From Desulfatiglandales bacterium (lineage in GTDB: Bacteria > Desulfobacterota > DSM-4660 > Desulfatiglandales > Desulfatiglandaceae), in NCBI GenBank assembly GCA_963662465.1, contig OY759599.1, forward strand, positions 2,624,001 through 2,688,000: DNA of 64,000 nucleotides. The letters run 5' to 3'. Within the stretch, counting starts at the first letter, position 1; every line of letters starts with the position of its first letter. Shown here piece after piece: positions 16,919 through 28,474 of this stretch. The notes beneath the pieces are model-generated. The model made no database searches and had not been told where the DNA came from. It saw only the letters and a program-made list of their open reading frames with translations. Position numbers and translations under genes: made by a program.

Positions 16919-17845
16919 ATGCCTGATATAAAGAAAAGAGTATCGAAATCGAAGCCCGCCGCAACCCTGATTCTGATAAGGCCGAGCGTTGCGGGGCATA
17001 ACGAGAATGGGTTTCAGACATATCTCCTCAAAAGGAGCGCCAAAAGCCGCTTTATGCCGGGCACTCATGTTTTCCCAGGCGGCGTGGTGGAGCCTGAGGA
17101 TCGGGGTCTTGAAACCTGGGCGGATCATTTGGATATGGATCCCGAGGACATACAGCGAAAACTGGGCGCAAACAACCTTTCCGTGGAGGACACCCTTTCC
17201 TTTGTAATCGCCGCCATCCGGGAAACCTTTGAAGAGGCAGGGGTCCTGTTGGGATTCAGAAAAGAAACCGTGGGTCTTGACCTTGAATCCCTGTTGGCGC
17301 AAAGACGCCTTGGCAATCTGGGATCCGGATGGCTCAAAACGCTCATGACGAATGGAAATGCGATGTTGGCGGTTTCAAGCCTGCGCAGATGGTCCCACTG
17401 GATTACGCCCCGGCGGATGCCCCTTCGGTTTGACACGCGGTTCTTTCTAGCGCTGATGCCGGCAGGTCAAATTTGCAGTCCTGACCAAAAGGAAACCACC
17501 GAAGGCCGGTGGATCATACCCAAGGAAGGATTAGTCGGCAACCTTTCCGGTGAAATCCCCCTGAGTCCCCCCGCTGTGGTTACCCTTCACGAACTTTTGC
17601 AATATACACGGATGGATAATCTGCTGAAGGCAGCCGCAAAACGATCCTGGGGAAATATGATGGAACCGAGGTTGGTTCCCTTGAAGCGGGGGACCATGAT
17701 CATCGAGCCCTGGGATCCCATGTATGGGAGAGAACACATCCGCATAGAAAAAACAATGCTTGAAGATGATATCCTGAGCTCTGAAAAACCATTTTCCAGG
17801 CTCTGGCATGATGGACGGTTGTGGCGACCCGTCAGGGTAAGCTGA
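16919..17845 (+). CDS. NUDIX hydrolase (NUDT19-like)
   Basis: VFPGGVVE...AAIRETFEEAG, HWITP, RFDTRFF. Confidence 0.88.
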   Translation: MPDIKKRVSKSKPAATLILIRPSVAGHNENGFQTYLLKRSAKSRFMPGTHVFPGGVVEPEDRGLETWADHLDMDPEDIQRKLGANNLSVEDTLSFVIAAIRETFEEAGVLLGFRKETVGLDLESLLAQRRLGNLGSGWLKTLMTNGNAMLAVSSLRRWSHWITPRRMPLRFDTRFFLALMPAGQICSPDQKETTEGRWIIPKEGLVGNLSGEIPLSPPAVVTLHELLQYTRMDNLLKAAAKRSWGNMMEPRLVPLKRGTMIIEPWDPMYGREHIRIEKTMLEDDILSSEKPFSRLWHDGRLWRPVRVS

Positions 17846-17990
17846 AGGCTGATTTGATAATTCTGTTGGCAGAGAAGGGCTATCCGCCGGTTGACCGGGA
17901 TGAAGTGTATAAAGAGATTTTCGAACAGGCTGAAAATTTTAAGAAGTATCAGCAAATATGAAAATTACGCGAATTTGGAAGGAGATAAAA

Positions 17991-19598
17991 ATGGTTGATT
18001 TCAGTTACCAGGAGATGTTTCCCCTGGGAGAGGATACCACCCGGTATCGTCTTCTAAGTCAAGAACATGTTTCCACAACCACTTTTGAAGGCAAAGAGAT
18101 TCTCAAAATTGACCCCGAAGCGCTGACCCTTCTGACGGAAACGGCATTCCGAGACGTTGCCCATTTACTGCGGCCCGCGCACCTTAAAAAAGTGGCCGCC
18201 ATCATGGATGATCCGGAAGCCTCCAAAAACGATCGACTGGTTGCCCTCGAGATGCTGAAGAATGCCGTCATTTCAGCCGAAATGGAATTTCCCATGTGTC
18301 AGGATACCGGAACAGCCGTTATCATGGGCAAGAAAGGCCAGCAGGTATGGGCGGATTTCAACGAAAGCGAAGCCATTTCCAAAGGGGTGTTCAACGCCTA
18401 TGTGAAAAACAATCTGCGGTATTCCCAGAACGCTCCTTTGAGCATGTTTGAAGAAAAAAACACCGGGTGCAATCTTCCGGCGCAGATTGATTTGTATGCC
18501 ACATCGGGCGACGGCTATAAATTTCTTTTTGTGGCCAAGGGCGGCGGAAGCGCCAACAAAGTCTACCTCTATCAGGAAACCAAGGCGGTTTTAAATCCGG
18601 ATACCCTCAGAAAATTCGTGTTGGAAAAAATGAAAACCCTGGGTACGGCAGCCTGCCCACCCTACCATCTGGCTTTTGCCATCGGCGGAACATCAGCGGA
18701 ATTGAATCTGAAAACCGTCAAGCTGGCCAGCGCCGGTTATCTGGATACCCTGCCGACAACAGGGTCGCCGGGCGGCCGCGCTTTCAGAGATGTGGACTTG
18801 GAAGACGATATTCTCAAAATGTCCCGGGAGACCGGTATCGGGGCTCAGTTCGGCGGCAAATATTTCTGTCTGGATGTTCGGGTCATTCGAATGCCCCGAC
18901 ACGGTGCATCGTGCCCCATCGGGATAGGGGTCAGTTGCAGTGCGGACCGTAACGTCAAAGGAAAAATCACTAAGCAAGGCATTTTCCTGGAACAGCTTGA
19001 AACCGATCCGGCCAAATACCTGCCATCCCTTGAAAACGCTTTCGAAGATGCCGTGCGGATTGATCTCAATCAACCCATGGATGACATTCGGCATATCCTG
19101 ACGAAATACCCGGTTGCCACACCGCTGTTGCTGACCGGAAAAATTGTGGTGGGCAGGGATATCGCCCATGCCAAACTCAAGGAACGCCTCGATGCCGGTG
19201 AAGAGTTGCCACAGTATATCAAGGACCATATCATTTACTATGCGGGACCGGCCAAAACGCCTGAAGGATATGCGTCCGGCTCTTTCGGTCCCACAACGGC
19301 CGCCCGCATGGATCCCTATGTTCCGGTTTTCCAGAAAAGGGGCGGTTCCATGGTGATGCTGGCCAAAGGGAACCGTTCCCAGCAGGTCACCGATGCCTGC
19401 AAAGAATACGGCGGATTCTATCTGGGATCCATCGGCGGTCCCGCCGCGCGTCTGGGCAAAGAGTGCATCACCCATGTGAAAGTGCTTGAGTATCCGGAAC
19501 TGGGCATGGAAGCCATCTTTGAGATCACGGTCAAGGATTTCCCCGCCTTTATCCTGGTCGATGACAAGGGCAACGATTTCTTTAAAAACCTTTTGTAA
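17991..19598 (+). CDS. fumA: Class I (Fe-S) fumarate hydratase
   Basis: [44 protein letters not shown] motifs; AAGGAG RBS. Confidence 0.93.
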   Translation: MVDFSYQEMFPLGEDTTRYRLLSQEHVSTTTFEGKEILKIDPEALTLLTETAFRDVAHLLRPAHLKKVAAIMDDPEASKNDRLVALEMLKNAVISAEMEFPMCQDTGTAVIMGKKGQQVWADFNESEAISKGVFNAYVKNNLRYSQNAPLSMFEEKNTGCNLPAQIDLYATSGDGYKFLFVAKGGGSANKVYLYQETKAVLNPDTLRKFVLEKMKTLGTAACPPYHLAFAIGGTSAELNLKTVKLASAGYLDTLPTTGSPGGRAFRDVDLEDDILKMSRETGIGAQFGGKYFCLDVRVIRMPRHGASCPIGIGVSCSADRNVKGKITKQGIFLEQLETDPAKYLPSLENAFEDAVRIDLNQPMDDIRHILTKYPVATPLLLTGKIVVGRDIAHAKLKERLDAGEELPQYIKDHIIYYAGPAKTPEGYASGSFGPTTAARMDPYVPVFQKRGGSMVMLAKGNRSQQVTDACKEYGGFYLGSIGGPAARLGKECITHVKVLEYPELGMEAIFEITVKDFPAFILVDDKGNDFFKNLL

Positions 19599-19742
19599 GC
19601 CTTTTATGTGATGGCGAAAAGGCGAAGTTTATCTTATGCTGAGGAGTACACACTCTGAGAAGCAATCCTCTGAATCGCTGCGCTTAACTCTGCGTTCATG
19701 CCTTTTTAATTATGACGTGAATAGAAAACACCTTACTCAGGT

Positions 19743-20163
19743 ACAGCGAGATAAAATGATCAAAGTCTGCGCTCAATGCCATTCGGCAACCTATGCGCAA
19801 ACCCAGTTGGAAATGGGAGATGACATGCTTCGAAAGGCGGACCGATTAATGGCTCAGGCCATTGAGACTGTGGCCGCTCTTTACCGGGACGGCATTATTC
19901 AAAAACCGGAAAGCTACCCCTTCAATTATCCCAACCTCCTCTTCTTCATGCGAACCGGCGGCGGCGATTTCAATAAGCTTTCCCACATTGACCAGATTCT
20001 GCTAAAAATGTACCTCAAGCATCGCATGCGCACTTTTCAGGGATTTTTTCACATTAACCCGGACTATGCCTATTGGTACGGCTGGGCGGCAATGGTGGAG
20101 GATTTGGGGGAAATTCAGGAAACAGGCCTGCTTATGCGAGCAACACACGTTAAAAGCAAGTAA
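19743..20163 (+). pseudogene. C-terminal fragment of an HAO-like multiheme cytochrome c
   Basis: RDKMIKVCAQCHS (single CxxCH) followed by HRMRTFQGFFHINPDYAYWYGW; no signal peptide or earlier heme motifs. Confidence 0.65.
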
Positions 20164-20281
20164 GGCTCAGAACCATACTCTCCTCAAAACAAATCGATTT
20201 CTTAGATCTTTTTTCGGAGACGCATCCGGGTGAAAAGTTAGGGGATTGGTATAAAGAATCACTCACTACGGAGAGTTTGAT

Positions 20282-21259
20282 ATGCCCGCCGACAGTATCA
20301 AGCTCTGTTATATTTACGGCATTAACAAACAAAATGCCGTCAATTACATGGCCCTGGCTTTTTTTCATTTTCCATTAAGCTGCACCGATGCCCATAACCC
20401 GAAAACGACAAAAGCAACCATGGAAGGCGCCATATCCGGCTTTCAAAAGCTCAGATTTCTGGGATTGCGCCCTTCGGAGGTAAACGGGGCGGCATTGGGA
20501 GAGCTCCTCCAAGCGGATGCCGACGCGCCAATCTACGACTGCACCGACGATACGATTGTTTACGCCCTGGATCTGGCCTATACAATGGTCGGCATGCACC
20601 TTGAGTCATTATCCCTGGAGGCAAATTCAGCCAAGGAAATCCAGGGGTATATCAAATCGGTACCCACGGTCATGGAGCTTGGCATAAAAATTTATGAACT
20701 CATGGAAGTGGAAGAGCAAACCTTTCCCGTTGACCTATCGCAAGGTGGCGGCGGAACCGTCGTCATCAAGCTCAATTTTGACAAATCCTCGGCCCATTCA
20801 TCGGGCCCACTTTCCATTCTATCCTACAGTGCTCAGGCGACAACCGACCCGATCTCTTATACCTTTGAAAGCGTCCTCTACGGCGGGAATGTATCGGTCA
20901 GCATCGGTATGTATACGAGCGACAATTTTCTGGCGGCCGGTTGCGCCACGGGTTACATGCCGAACCAGGGAGGTTCCACAAGCCAGGATTCTTCCGGCGT
21001 CGGATCCTCGTGTTCGGATCCCGGACCCTCGCCGGACATCAGCCATATCACCAATAACATGGGCGATCTAGCGGTGGCTCTCTATATGAACGAGAAAAAG
21101 ATTCCCCTGACCGCGAGTACCCGATACGAATTCCTGCGGAAAACCGGCCTCAACGCGGATAACAATCATACATGGGTCGAAGGCAGTGATGCGCCAACGG
21201 AAATCGCGGATTTCCTCGTGGCGGAGCCCATAAAAAACCAACTTGCGTTAACCGGATAG
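20282..21259 (+). CDS. Hypothetical protein (start uncertain, possibly a fragment)
   Basis: 325-aa open frame, Ser/Gly/Thr-rich; no motif recognised. Confidence 0.5.
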   Translation: MPADSIKLCYIYGINKQNAVNYMALAFFHFPLSCTDAHNPKTTKATMEGAISGFQKLRFLGLRPSEVNGAALGELLQADADAPIYDCTDDTIVYALDLAYTMVGMHLESLSLEANSAKEIQGYIKSVPTVMELGIKIYELMEVEEQTFPVDLSQGGGGTVVIKLNFDKSSAHSSGPLSILSYSAQATTDPISYTFESVLYGGNVSVSIGMYTSDNFLAAGCATGYMPNQGGSTSQDSSGVGSSCSDPGPSPDISHITNNMGDLAVALYMNEKKIPLTASTRYEFLRKTGLNADNNHTWVEGSDAPTEIADFLVAEPIKNQLALTG

Positions 21260-21392
21260 GCATGCATCGTGCAATATCATAAAACCTCCGACAATCCGAG
21301 TTTAGTTGAAGATAGAGGGGTTCTAGTCTATGCTTCCGTTTGAAACTGAATTACAGTCTGCCCCCGCAACCCAAAAGAAAGGACTTTACAAA

Positions 21393-22265
21393 ATGAAACC
21401 GCTTGCGGCATGTGCCCCGTGTATTCTGGAATGGACCTTTGGGAGAACGGCATCTTCCTTAGATGAAAACAAAAGTGTTGAATTGATGCGAACCCTGTTA
21501 GGGGTATTACATGATGAATTCAAGGTGAATCAAAACCTGGGTCTCATTGCAAAGAGGCTCCTCGATGCGGTCAATCCCCAAATATTGGATGCCGCCGTTC
21601 TTTATGATGAGATCAAAAAGAACACCAATCTCGTTGTAAAAGCATTGTTGCCCGCTGCCAGGCAATTTGTCCAAACGGGTAAAACGCCGCAAGAACGTTT
21701 CGAGAGGGCGTGTTGCCTCGCATCAACGGGCAATGTTTCACCCCTCGCCGCACCCTCCGGGACTCTCGAATTTTCCGATGCGGAAGGGTTTATAGTGGGA
21801 AGCGGTCCCTTCCCCGTCGTAACAGGCAATGTGTATGAAGCCGCCCGAAACAAAAAACGGGTTTTATTCCTTTGCGATAACACCGGGGAAATTGGTTTTG
21901 ATTCCCTGCTCATAGAACAACTCAAAACCATGGGGAGTACTGTTACCCTCGTCCTCAAAGAGGCGCCCTTTTTTGAAGATGCCACACTTCAAGATGCCGT
22001 TTACTTCGGTCTGGACAACCTGAGCGACTGCATACTGAGCGTCAAAACCCTTTTCATCCCCGGTGAGAAAGCCCCATCCGTGCTGGATGAAGCCTATCAG
22101 GAAAGTGATCTGGTGATCGCAAAAGGCACTTTCAATGTTGAGTCTCTTTACGGGGAAACCTTTGGAAAACCCGTCATTTTTATCCTGAAGGCCAAATGCG
22201 GGCCCCTTTCAAAAAAATTTGGTGTTGATCAGGGGAGTTTTATCGTCAGGCTTGAGAACGGCTAA
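21393..22265 (+). CDS. DUF89/ARMT1-like damage-control phosphatase
   Basis: N-terminal CxxC, GN motif, DNTGEIGFD, EDAT, IAKGTFNVE, KAKC. Confidence 0.82.
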   Translation: MKPLAACAPCILEWTFGRTASSLDENKSVELMRTLLGVLHDEFKVNQNLGLIAKRLLDAVNPQILDAAVLYDEIKKNTNLVVKALLPAARQFVQTGKTPQERFERACCLASTGNVSPLAAPSGTLEFSDAEGFIVGSGPFPVVTGNVYEAARNKKRVLFLCDNTGEIGFDSLLIEQLKTMGSTVTLVLKEAPFFEDATLQDAVYFGLDNLSDCILSVKTLFIPGEKAPSVLDEAYQESDLVIAKGTFNVESLYGETFGKPVIFILKAKCGPLSKKFGVDQGSFIVRLENG

Positions 22266-22289
22266 CGCATGAGACGAGGAGGCGCTAGA

Positions 22290-23393
22290 ATGTATGATTC
22301 TCAGGTTTTTGACGTCATCGTGGTGGGGGCCGGACCCGGAGGGACTGCAGCCGCCAAACGTTGCGCGGACCGCGGCCTGAACGTCCTGTTAATCGAGAAA
22401 AAAGAACTGCCCCGCGACAAAGTCTGTTCCGGAATGATCATGGGGGAGTGGGCGCTTAAGATTATCCGACAGGAGTTCGGCAGCATTCCGCCATCCGTGC
22501 TTACGGACCCACCGTTACTTTCAGGCCATCGATTTTATGTAGGAACGGACAAAACGGAAGAGCTGAAATGGCCAACCGCCCTTTCATGGCGAAAGGACCT
22601 GGATTTCTGGGTGGTTCAAGGGGCTGTAAAAAGCGGCGTTAAATTGAAGGAGGGCGTACGTGTTGCCGGCATAAAGCCGGTAAATGGCGGGTGCCGGGTC
22701 ATCCTTGAAAAAGGGGGGAAAACCGAAGCGCTGCATGCACGCTTCGTCATAGGCGCAGACGGCGCCGCTTCCGTGGTCCGCAGATCCATATTCCCTGAAC
22801 TGAAGGTTCGTTTTTCGGGTCCCATCCGGGAATGCTACCGGGGCGCGTTGGACCTTCCAAAAGACTTCTTCCACTGGTTTTTTCCTAAAAGTCTTCCGCG
22901 CCCCCGATTTAACGTCAATCACAAAGACGATGTATTCCTGATCGAGGGATCGGGACTCAGGAAACTGCGAGGGGAAATCGCAAAGACCCTTTTGCGCTAC
23001 GGCTTTAATCCGGACACAAAACCGATCCGGACGGATGGCTGCGCCATCGCCCTGTTGCACGATAATCTGCTTTCGGGAGCATTTCAGCCCGTCAAAAGGA
23101 ATGTTCTGCTGATCGGCGATGCGGCCGGGCTTATTCTGCCCATCACTTTCGAAGGCATCGGTTCGGCTCTCAAAAGCGGAATTCTGGCATCTGAGGCCAT
23201 TATCAGACATTTTGACGATGAAACAGAGGTCGCATCCTTATACCTCAAAAGCCTTGACCCCATGCTGCTCACCATCCGGCGGCTCTGCGTGGTTCAAGAT
23301 GAACTGAAGACTGCGGCAAATGGCGGCGCGGATATCCTGGCTAAAGCCCTGCGAGACGCTTACAGGGAAACCCTGATCCTTCAAAAGACCTGA
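22290..23393 (+). CDS. Geranylgeranyl-reductase-family FAD-dependent oxidoreductase
   Basis: VVGAGPGG, PRDKVCSG, IGADGA.S, LIGDAAG...EGI. Confidence 0.85.
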   Translation: MYDSQVFDVIVVGAGPGGTAAAKRCADRGLNVLLIEKKELPRDKVCSGMIMGEWALKIIRQEFGSIPPSVLTDPPLLSGHRFYVGTDKTEELKWPTALSWRKDLDFWVVQGAVKSGVKLKEGVRVAGIKPVNGGCRVILEKGGKTEALHARFVIGADGAASVVRRSIFPELKVRFSGPIRECYRGALDLPKDFFHWFFPKSLPRPRFNVNHKDDVFLIEGSGLRKLRGEIAKTLLRYGFNPDTKPIRTDGCAIALLHDNLLSGAFQPVKRNVLLIGDAAGLILPITFEGIGSALKSGILASEAIIRHFDDETEVASLYLKSLDPMLLTIRRLCVVQDELKTAANGGADILAKALRDAYRETLILQKT

Positions 23394-23503
23394 AAATGAT
23401 AAATGTTAAAGAGGAAGCAAAGGAAAATTGTTGAGAAGCCAAGAAAATGTTAAAGTGGGGGAACGTTGTGTTTTGAGCGTTTTTTGATTCTCCACGGGCC
23501 ATT

Positions 23504-25120
23504 ATGACATTCATCGACTGGGTCGTACTCTGCATCTATATTTTTTCCATTATCTTCATGAGCGCCTGGATCGGACGTCGCCAGAAGTCTCAGGAAGACT
23601 ATTACCTGGGCGGCCGCGCCATGGGGTCCCGGCAGGTTGCCATGTCCATCATGGCCACCCAGGTGAGCGCCATCAGCCTGGTGGGCGCGCCCGCATTTAT
23701 CGCCCTCAAGAGTGATGGCGGTTTGATATGGCTGCAATACGAATTCGCCATCCCCCTGGCCATGATGTTCATCATGTTGATCATGGTGCCTCTCTACCAT
23801 CGGACTCACGCCATTACCATCTACGGATACCTGGAAAAACGCTTCGGCAGATCGACCCGGATGAGCATCAGCGCCGTATTTCTGGTAAGCCGGGGCCTGG
23901 GTTCCGGCGTCGCCCTTCTGGCCACGGCCATCGTAACCTCGGTATGCCTGCAATGGCCGCTCTGGCAAACAATTTTGTTGATCGGCATCGTCTCCATTAT
24001 TTATACCACCTTCGGCGGGATTGTGGCGGATATCTATTCTGACATCATTCAGCTCATTATCCTCTGGAGCGGATCTCTTGTGGCCATTATCATCCTGGTC
24101 CACATGCTGGATACATCGGCATTTGCCCTTTTGAAAAACGATCCGCGGCGATTGCGCATTTTTGATTTTTCAGCCCTCGGGTTAGGAGACAATCGGACCT
24201 TCGGATTCTGGCCCATGCTCGTGGGCGGTTTTTTCCTGTATCTCTCCTATTACGGCTGCGACCAGAGCCAGGCCCAGAGACTGCTGACAACAGCCACTCC
24301 CAAGGAAGCCCAGAAAGCCTTGATGATCAACGGTATATTTCGCTTTCTGTTGGTTCTCACCTACTGTACCCTGGGCGTCCTGCTAATTCCCTTTCTGTTG
24401 ACCCATCCGGAATTCGCCGCCAGGCTGCAGGATAAGCAGGCGGACTTTCTGGTACCCTATTTTCTCATGGCGTATTTTCCAAAAGGAATACTGGGCATCC
24501 TCATTGCGGGTTTTTTCGCCGCTTCCATGTCGAGTATCGACAGCGCTCTCAATTCACTCAGTGCGGTAACCTATGAGGATTTCCTGGTTCGATTATTCCC
24601 CGGGCTATCCAGGACATCCGATGCCCGAAAAGTCCATTTGTCGCGCCTGCTGACGGTTTTCTGGGGGCTGGTGGCCACCGGATTCGCATTGAGAATGATC
24701 GGCGGTTCGGAAACCGTATTGGAGTTGGTCAATAAAATCGGATCAGCGTTTTACGGGCCCATACTGGCGATTTTCTGGCTGGGCATCCTGACCCAACGCG
24801 GTTCCCAAACGGGCGCCATCAGCGGACTGGCGGCCGGCGTCGGATTCAATATATTTCTCTGGCAAACCTGCGGCAGTACGGTCAGCTGGCTATGGTGGAA
24901 TGTATTTGGATTTCTGATTTCCTTCGGAGTTGGGTATGGATTAAGTCTCATATTTGTTTCGAATGGGCGCCACGAAGGATTGATTTTGAACCGCCGGGAA
25001 CTCTTATCCGGCTACCTGTCAGGAAAAAAATACTATCGCCTGCTCGCGGCCGTTTTCCTTCTCATCCTGATGATAAGCTTCTTTCTGCAGGAATGCCTCA
25101 TTGCCGTATGGGCATTCTAG
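23504..25120 (+). CDS. Sodium:solute symporter (SLC5 family)
   Basis: Multi-TM protein with YYLGGR, SAIS..GAP, YLEKRFG, DQSQAQR, AASMSSIDSALNSLS. Confidence 0.92.
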   Translation: MTFIDWVVLCIYIFSIIFMSAWIGRRQKSQEDYYLGGRAMGSRQVAMSIMATQVSAISLVGAPAFIALKSDGGLIWLQYEFAIPLAMMFIMLIMVPLYHRTHAITIYGYLEKRFGRSTRMSISAVFLVSRGLGSGVALLATAIVTSVCLQWPLWQTILLIGIVSIIYTTFGGIVADIYSDIIQLIILWSGSLVAIIILVHMLDTSAFALLKNDPRRLRIFDFSALGLGDNRTFGFWPMLVGGFFLYLSYYGCDQSQAQRLLTTATPKEAQKALMINGIFRFLLVLTYCTLGVLLIPFLLTHPEFAARLQDKQADFLVPYFLMAYFPKGILGILIAGFFAASMSSIDSALNSLSAVTYEDFLVRLFPGLSRTSDARKVHLSRLLTVFWGLVATGFALRMIGGSETVLELVNKIGSAFYGPILAIFWLGILTQRGSQTGAISGLAAGVGFNIFLWQTCGSTVSWLWWNVFGFLISFGVGYGLSLIFVSNGRHEGLILNRRELLSGYLSGKKYYRLLAAVFLLILMISFFLQECLIAVWAF

Positions 25121-25205
25121 CGCAAGCATACGATTTATGTTGCATCCGCCAAACCCATTGTGAAACAATTCGGCAAACGATCACTCGATTTAAAAGGAGA
25201 ATGAA

Positions 25206-25751
25206 ATGAAAGTACTCAACCTATACTTTTCTTCAACCGGGAATACCGAGAAAGTGGCAAAGAAAATAGACGAAACGGTTCAGAAACTAGGTTACCCGGT
25301 GGATACGGTCAAAATCAGCGCAGAGGAACCTTCGCTCAACATTCTCGACTATGACTTCGTTTTTGTGGGAAGCGGGGTGTATGGCCAGATGCCGGGAAAA
25401 AATCTCATGGATCTTCACAGAGCGCTGCTTCAGCATTATGTCAAGGCAGGCGAGGTGAAACCCGGTTCCCCCAGGAGGCCCTCTTCCCATGTGGTGGTCT
25501 ATTGCACCTACGGCGGCGTTCACACGGGTATCAATGAAGCGATTCCGGCGGTTAAATACATGGGGCAACTCTTTGATCATCTGGGATTCAGCATCATCGA
25601 AGAATGGTATGTGGTGGGCGAATATAAATCAGATAAGCTTAAAAGCCATTCCGTGGGCGGCCGCCTGGGAGATATACGGGGAAGGCCGAACCAGGCCGAT
25701 CTAAAAGAGGTCGCCGAAAAAGTGAAGGGCGTACTTCTCTCTGTTGTCTGA
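25206..25751 (+). CDS. Flavodoxin-family protein
   Basis: YFSSTGNTEKVA FMN-binding loop. Confidence 0.82.
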   Translation: MKVLNLYFSSTGNTEKVAKKIDETVQKLGYPVDTVKISAEEPSLNILDYDFVFVGSGVYGQMPGKNLMDLHRALLQHYVKAGEVKPGSPRRPSSHVVVYCTYGGVHTGINEAIPAVKYMGQLFDHLGFSIIEEWYVVGEYKSDKLKSHSVGGRLGDIRGRPNQADLKEVAEKVKGVLLSVV

Positions 25752-25811
25752 TTCGCCCCCGATCCGCGAATCGATCCAACCCTAAAAGAAATCTTCAACG
25801 AATGGATAGAA

Positions 25812-26822
25812 ATGGATAATGACCACTTAAAATCAATCGAAAAATCTGCAATGGAAATATTTGATAAAGCAGAGAGAAGGAAAAAAGCCGGCAGAGATCA
25901 TTTTGAAGCTGGATGGCAGGCTACTTTGGAAATAATGCTTCTGATGGGTAAGAAGCGCATTGCCGAACAACCTGGGCAATTAGTGGCGATGCAGATTGAA
26001 AACCAGAAAGAATGGGAATTCTATCTGAACATAAAAGAAAAATTTGATCTACCGCCAGAAACTTCCGCTGTTTTGATAACACCGAGCGCTTTCAAAAGCA
26101 TCCCCAAGATTGAAAATGTAGAGGTTGGATATTTTGGACCAAAAGCATGGGAAAGGAATGCATATTCATTGATTATAAGTGATTTGGAAGATCATGAAAA
26201 AATCATGCAAGCTTCTCTGCCGGGCATTGAACACGCGGGAATAGATGTTTTTGACGATGGCAACCACTTGATTGATTATTCTTACAATACCATAGATGAA
26301 TGCATAGATGAATTAACAAAGACCACATGGATTCATTTCAATCCAGAAGGAAAATGGACCGATGAGCTGATAATCCGTTATACAGAAAACTGGTTTGCAA
26401 AAAGTCTGGAAATTGACCTGCAAAACTCCGAGATACATGAAGCGTTCAGCTATCTTCATCATCCGGAATTGCTCAATCTGACCCCTTTTGAATCGGCGTT
26501 CAAAGCATTGGGAGAAATCATCCCAAAAGGGTTCGAAACCCTTCAAGAAATGGTTGATACAACAAATGAACTCAACCGAGACTTTGAGTTTGATGATCCA
26601 ATTATTACCGTGGAGGGTATATTGCAGGACAATGAATCTGAAAGCCAAATACTGCTGGAGCGGATACACCTTGAAATTGACATGTCTTTACAGAGCCTGG
26701 AAGACATTAAAGGTGTGGATATTCCACTCCAGAACCGCTCAGGGGTTGAATATCAAAAGCTTTTTCATGAAACAACCCTTAAAATTTATGAAGCAGTAAC
26801 AGGACGACACTATCCGAAATGA
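25812..26822 (+). CDS. Hypothetical acidic protein, AT-rich
   Basis: 336-aa ORF, visibly more AT-rich than its neighbours; no motif recognised. Confidence 0.7.
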   Translation: MDNDHLKSIEKSAMEIFDKAERRKKAGRDHFEAGWQATLEIMLLMGKKRIAEQPGQLVAMQIENQKEWEFYLNIKEKFDLPPETSAVLITPSAFKSIPKIENVEVGYFGPKAWERNAYSLIISDLEDHEKIMQASLPGIEHAGIDVFDDGNHLIDYSYNTIDECIDELTKTTWIHFNPEGKWTDELIIRYTENWFAKSLEIDLQNSEIHEAFSYLHHPELLNLTPFESAFKALGEIIPKGFETLQEMVDTTNELNRDFEFDDPIITVEGILQDNESESQILLERIHLEIDMSLQSLEDIKGVDIPLQNRSGVEYQKLFHETTLKIYEAVTGRHYPK

Positions 26823-26936
26823 CATCGGGAAAAGATAGCAACCATGGGCACAAGGTTTTTTCAAGCCCAAACTGTTTAGATTGTCAGGTTATGCTGTGAG
26901 TATTTCATTCCCTCCATTTGATTCCGCGAGATCTGA

Positions 26937-28073
26937 TCACTCAAGAGCCGGGATCAGGGTTTCAAATCGGCGAGTGCTGGAGGTTTCATACTGATGGCTC
27001 CCGGTCTCCGTCAGATCTCCACAACCCACTAAAAGCTCACAATGACTGAGGATTTCATTAATCGCCATGTGTTTTCCCGGCCCTTTGAGAAGAGATGGTT
27101 CAAAATGCCGGTGGACGATCTCTTCGGCCGTGCCATGACCCTTGGAGACGATATCAACGATGTCGGCACATCTCTGCACATGATGTTCAATGAGTTCATC
27201 AATCCGCTGAGTCAAATCGACGACATTCCACTGTCCATCATAGTAAAAACGGTGCGCTGGAAGTACCAGCATATCCGGATGTGCTGTACCCAGACGCCTG
27301 AGCTGCCTTAAAGACTGTAGATAGCAATGAAGGCCCAAAATCTCTTTTGGTTCCGGGAACATATGACCGATGACGCCGGCGATTTCGCCATACATCTCCA
27401 ACCGGGTCGGCCAGGGAGTAATCTGTGGCAGCAGGATATCGCCCACAATGACCGCCTCTTCACCCAGTATGACGGCAAGAGAATCCATGCTGTGACCAGG
27501 CAGATGGGAAGTAACAATGTCGGCACACAGACTGTTGACGCCACTGCCGACCACCTCCACTTCAACGTGTTGCAGCATCTGATGGTATTCTAGGCAGTTG
27601 ACGGTGTAAAACGATTCCGGCATAAAGCAATGCCAGCACTTTGCCGGAAAATGCCGTTTGTAGTCAGCTGGGGCCATATTTGGATACTGACGAATTAACA
27701 GATCATATATCGCATGAGCCTTGACCTTCAGCGAGGTCATATTCACTAATTCTGTTAGACCTCCGTCGTGGTCTTCATGACCGTGACTGATCAGTACAAA
27801 TCCCAGATCCGATGGCTTTACGCCGGCAGTGTCCATCATCTTCAGCAGTTGCTTGCCCTGTCCGTGCCGCCCCGCGTCCACAATAAATGGGGTGTCTGCC
27901 ATGACCGCGTAATTCCAGGTCGGTCCCAGGTTCCAGTTGCCTGAGTAGAAATTTTCTGTAGGAAGACCGAATATTTCGAGCCCGGACGGTAGCCTAAAGC
28001 GCACCACCATGCCATTTCCGCTCCTATCGCCATGTTCAATAATGTTTCTGTATTTCAAGGGATTGTTCTCCAT
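26937..28073 (-). CDS. MBL-fold metallo-hydrolase
   Basis: SHGHEDHDGG, PGHS, GD, PAH motifs. Confidence 0.85.
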   Translation of the reverse strand: MENNPLKYRNIIEHGDRSGNGMVVRFRLPSGLEIFGLPTENFYSGNWNLGPTWNYAVMADTPFIVDAGRHGQGKQLLKMMDTAGVKPSDLGFVLISHGHEDHDGGLTELVNMTSLKVKAHAIYDLLIRQYPNMAPADYKRHFPAKCWHCFMPESFYTVNCLEYHQMLQHVEVEVVGSGVNSLCADIVTSHLPGHSMDSLAVILGEEAVIVGDILLPQITPWPTRLEMYGEIAGVIGHMFPEPKEILGLHCYLQSLRQLRRLGTAHPDMLVLPAHRFYYDGQWNVVDLTQRIDELIEHHVQRCADIVDIVSKGHGTAEEIVHRHFEPSLLKGPGKHMAINEILSHCELLVGCGDLTETGSHQYETSSTRRFETLIPALE

Positions 28074-28366
28074 TTAGTTAAGACTTGCGATTGAAAAAGC
28101 GCGATCCAAATATAAGCCTGTTCTGTGGCCAACCTAGCATAAATAGGGTGTGAGAGCAAATTGACGGAATGGTATTCTCAAAGAGCCGCTTTAATCTATT
28201 AGCGGTTAGCTTAATTCTACTTTGTCACTTTCCCACCAGCAATTCTCATTATAATGTCGTTTAATCACAAAACGCTGTTCAGACGGAATTCCGCCAAAAT
28301 TTCTCTCGGTTCTGAAAGCTGCGCCCACAAACACATCACGTTATACATCCAGTTTTATGTCGCGCC

Positions 28367-28457
28367 GTAGGGGCAATCCCCCCGTGGTTGCCCTGCCTGT
28401 CCTTTCTTTCGATGCTTGGACAGCATCAGCAGGGCAGGCACAGGGGCCTGCCCCTAC
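28367..28457. repeat. REPIN-like inverted pair of GTAG REPs
   Basis: gtaggggcaatccccccgtggttgccct (28367-28394) facing agggcaggcacaggggcctgcccctac (28431-28457). Confidence 0.75.
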
Positions 28458-28474
28458 AATAACATCCAGCGCCT

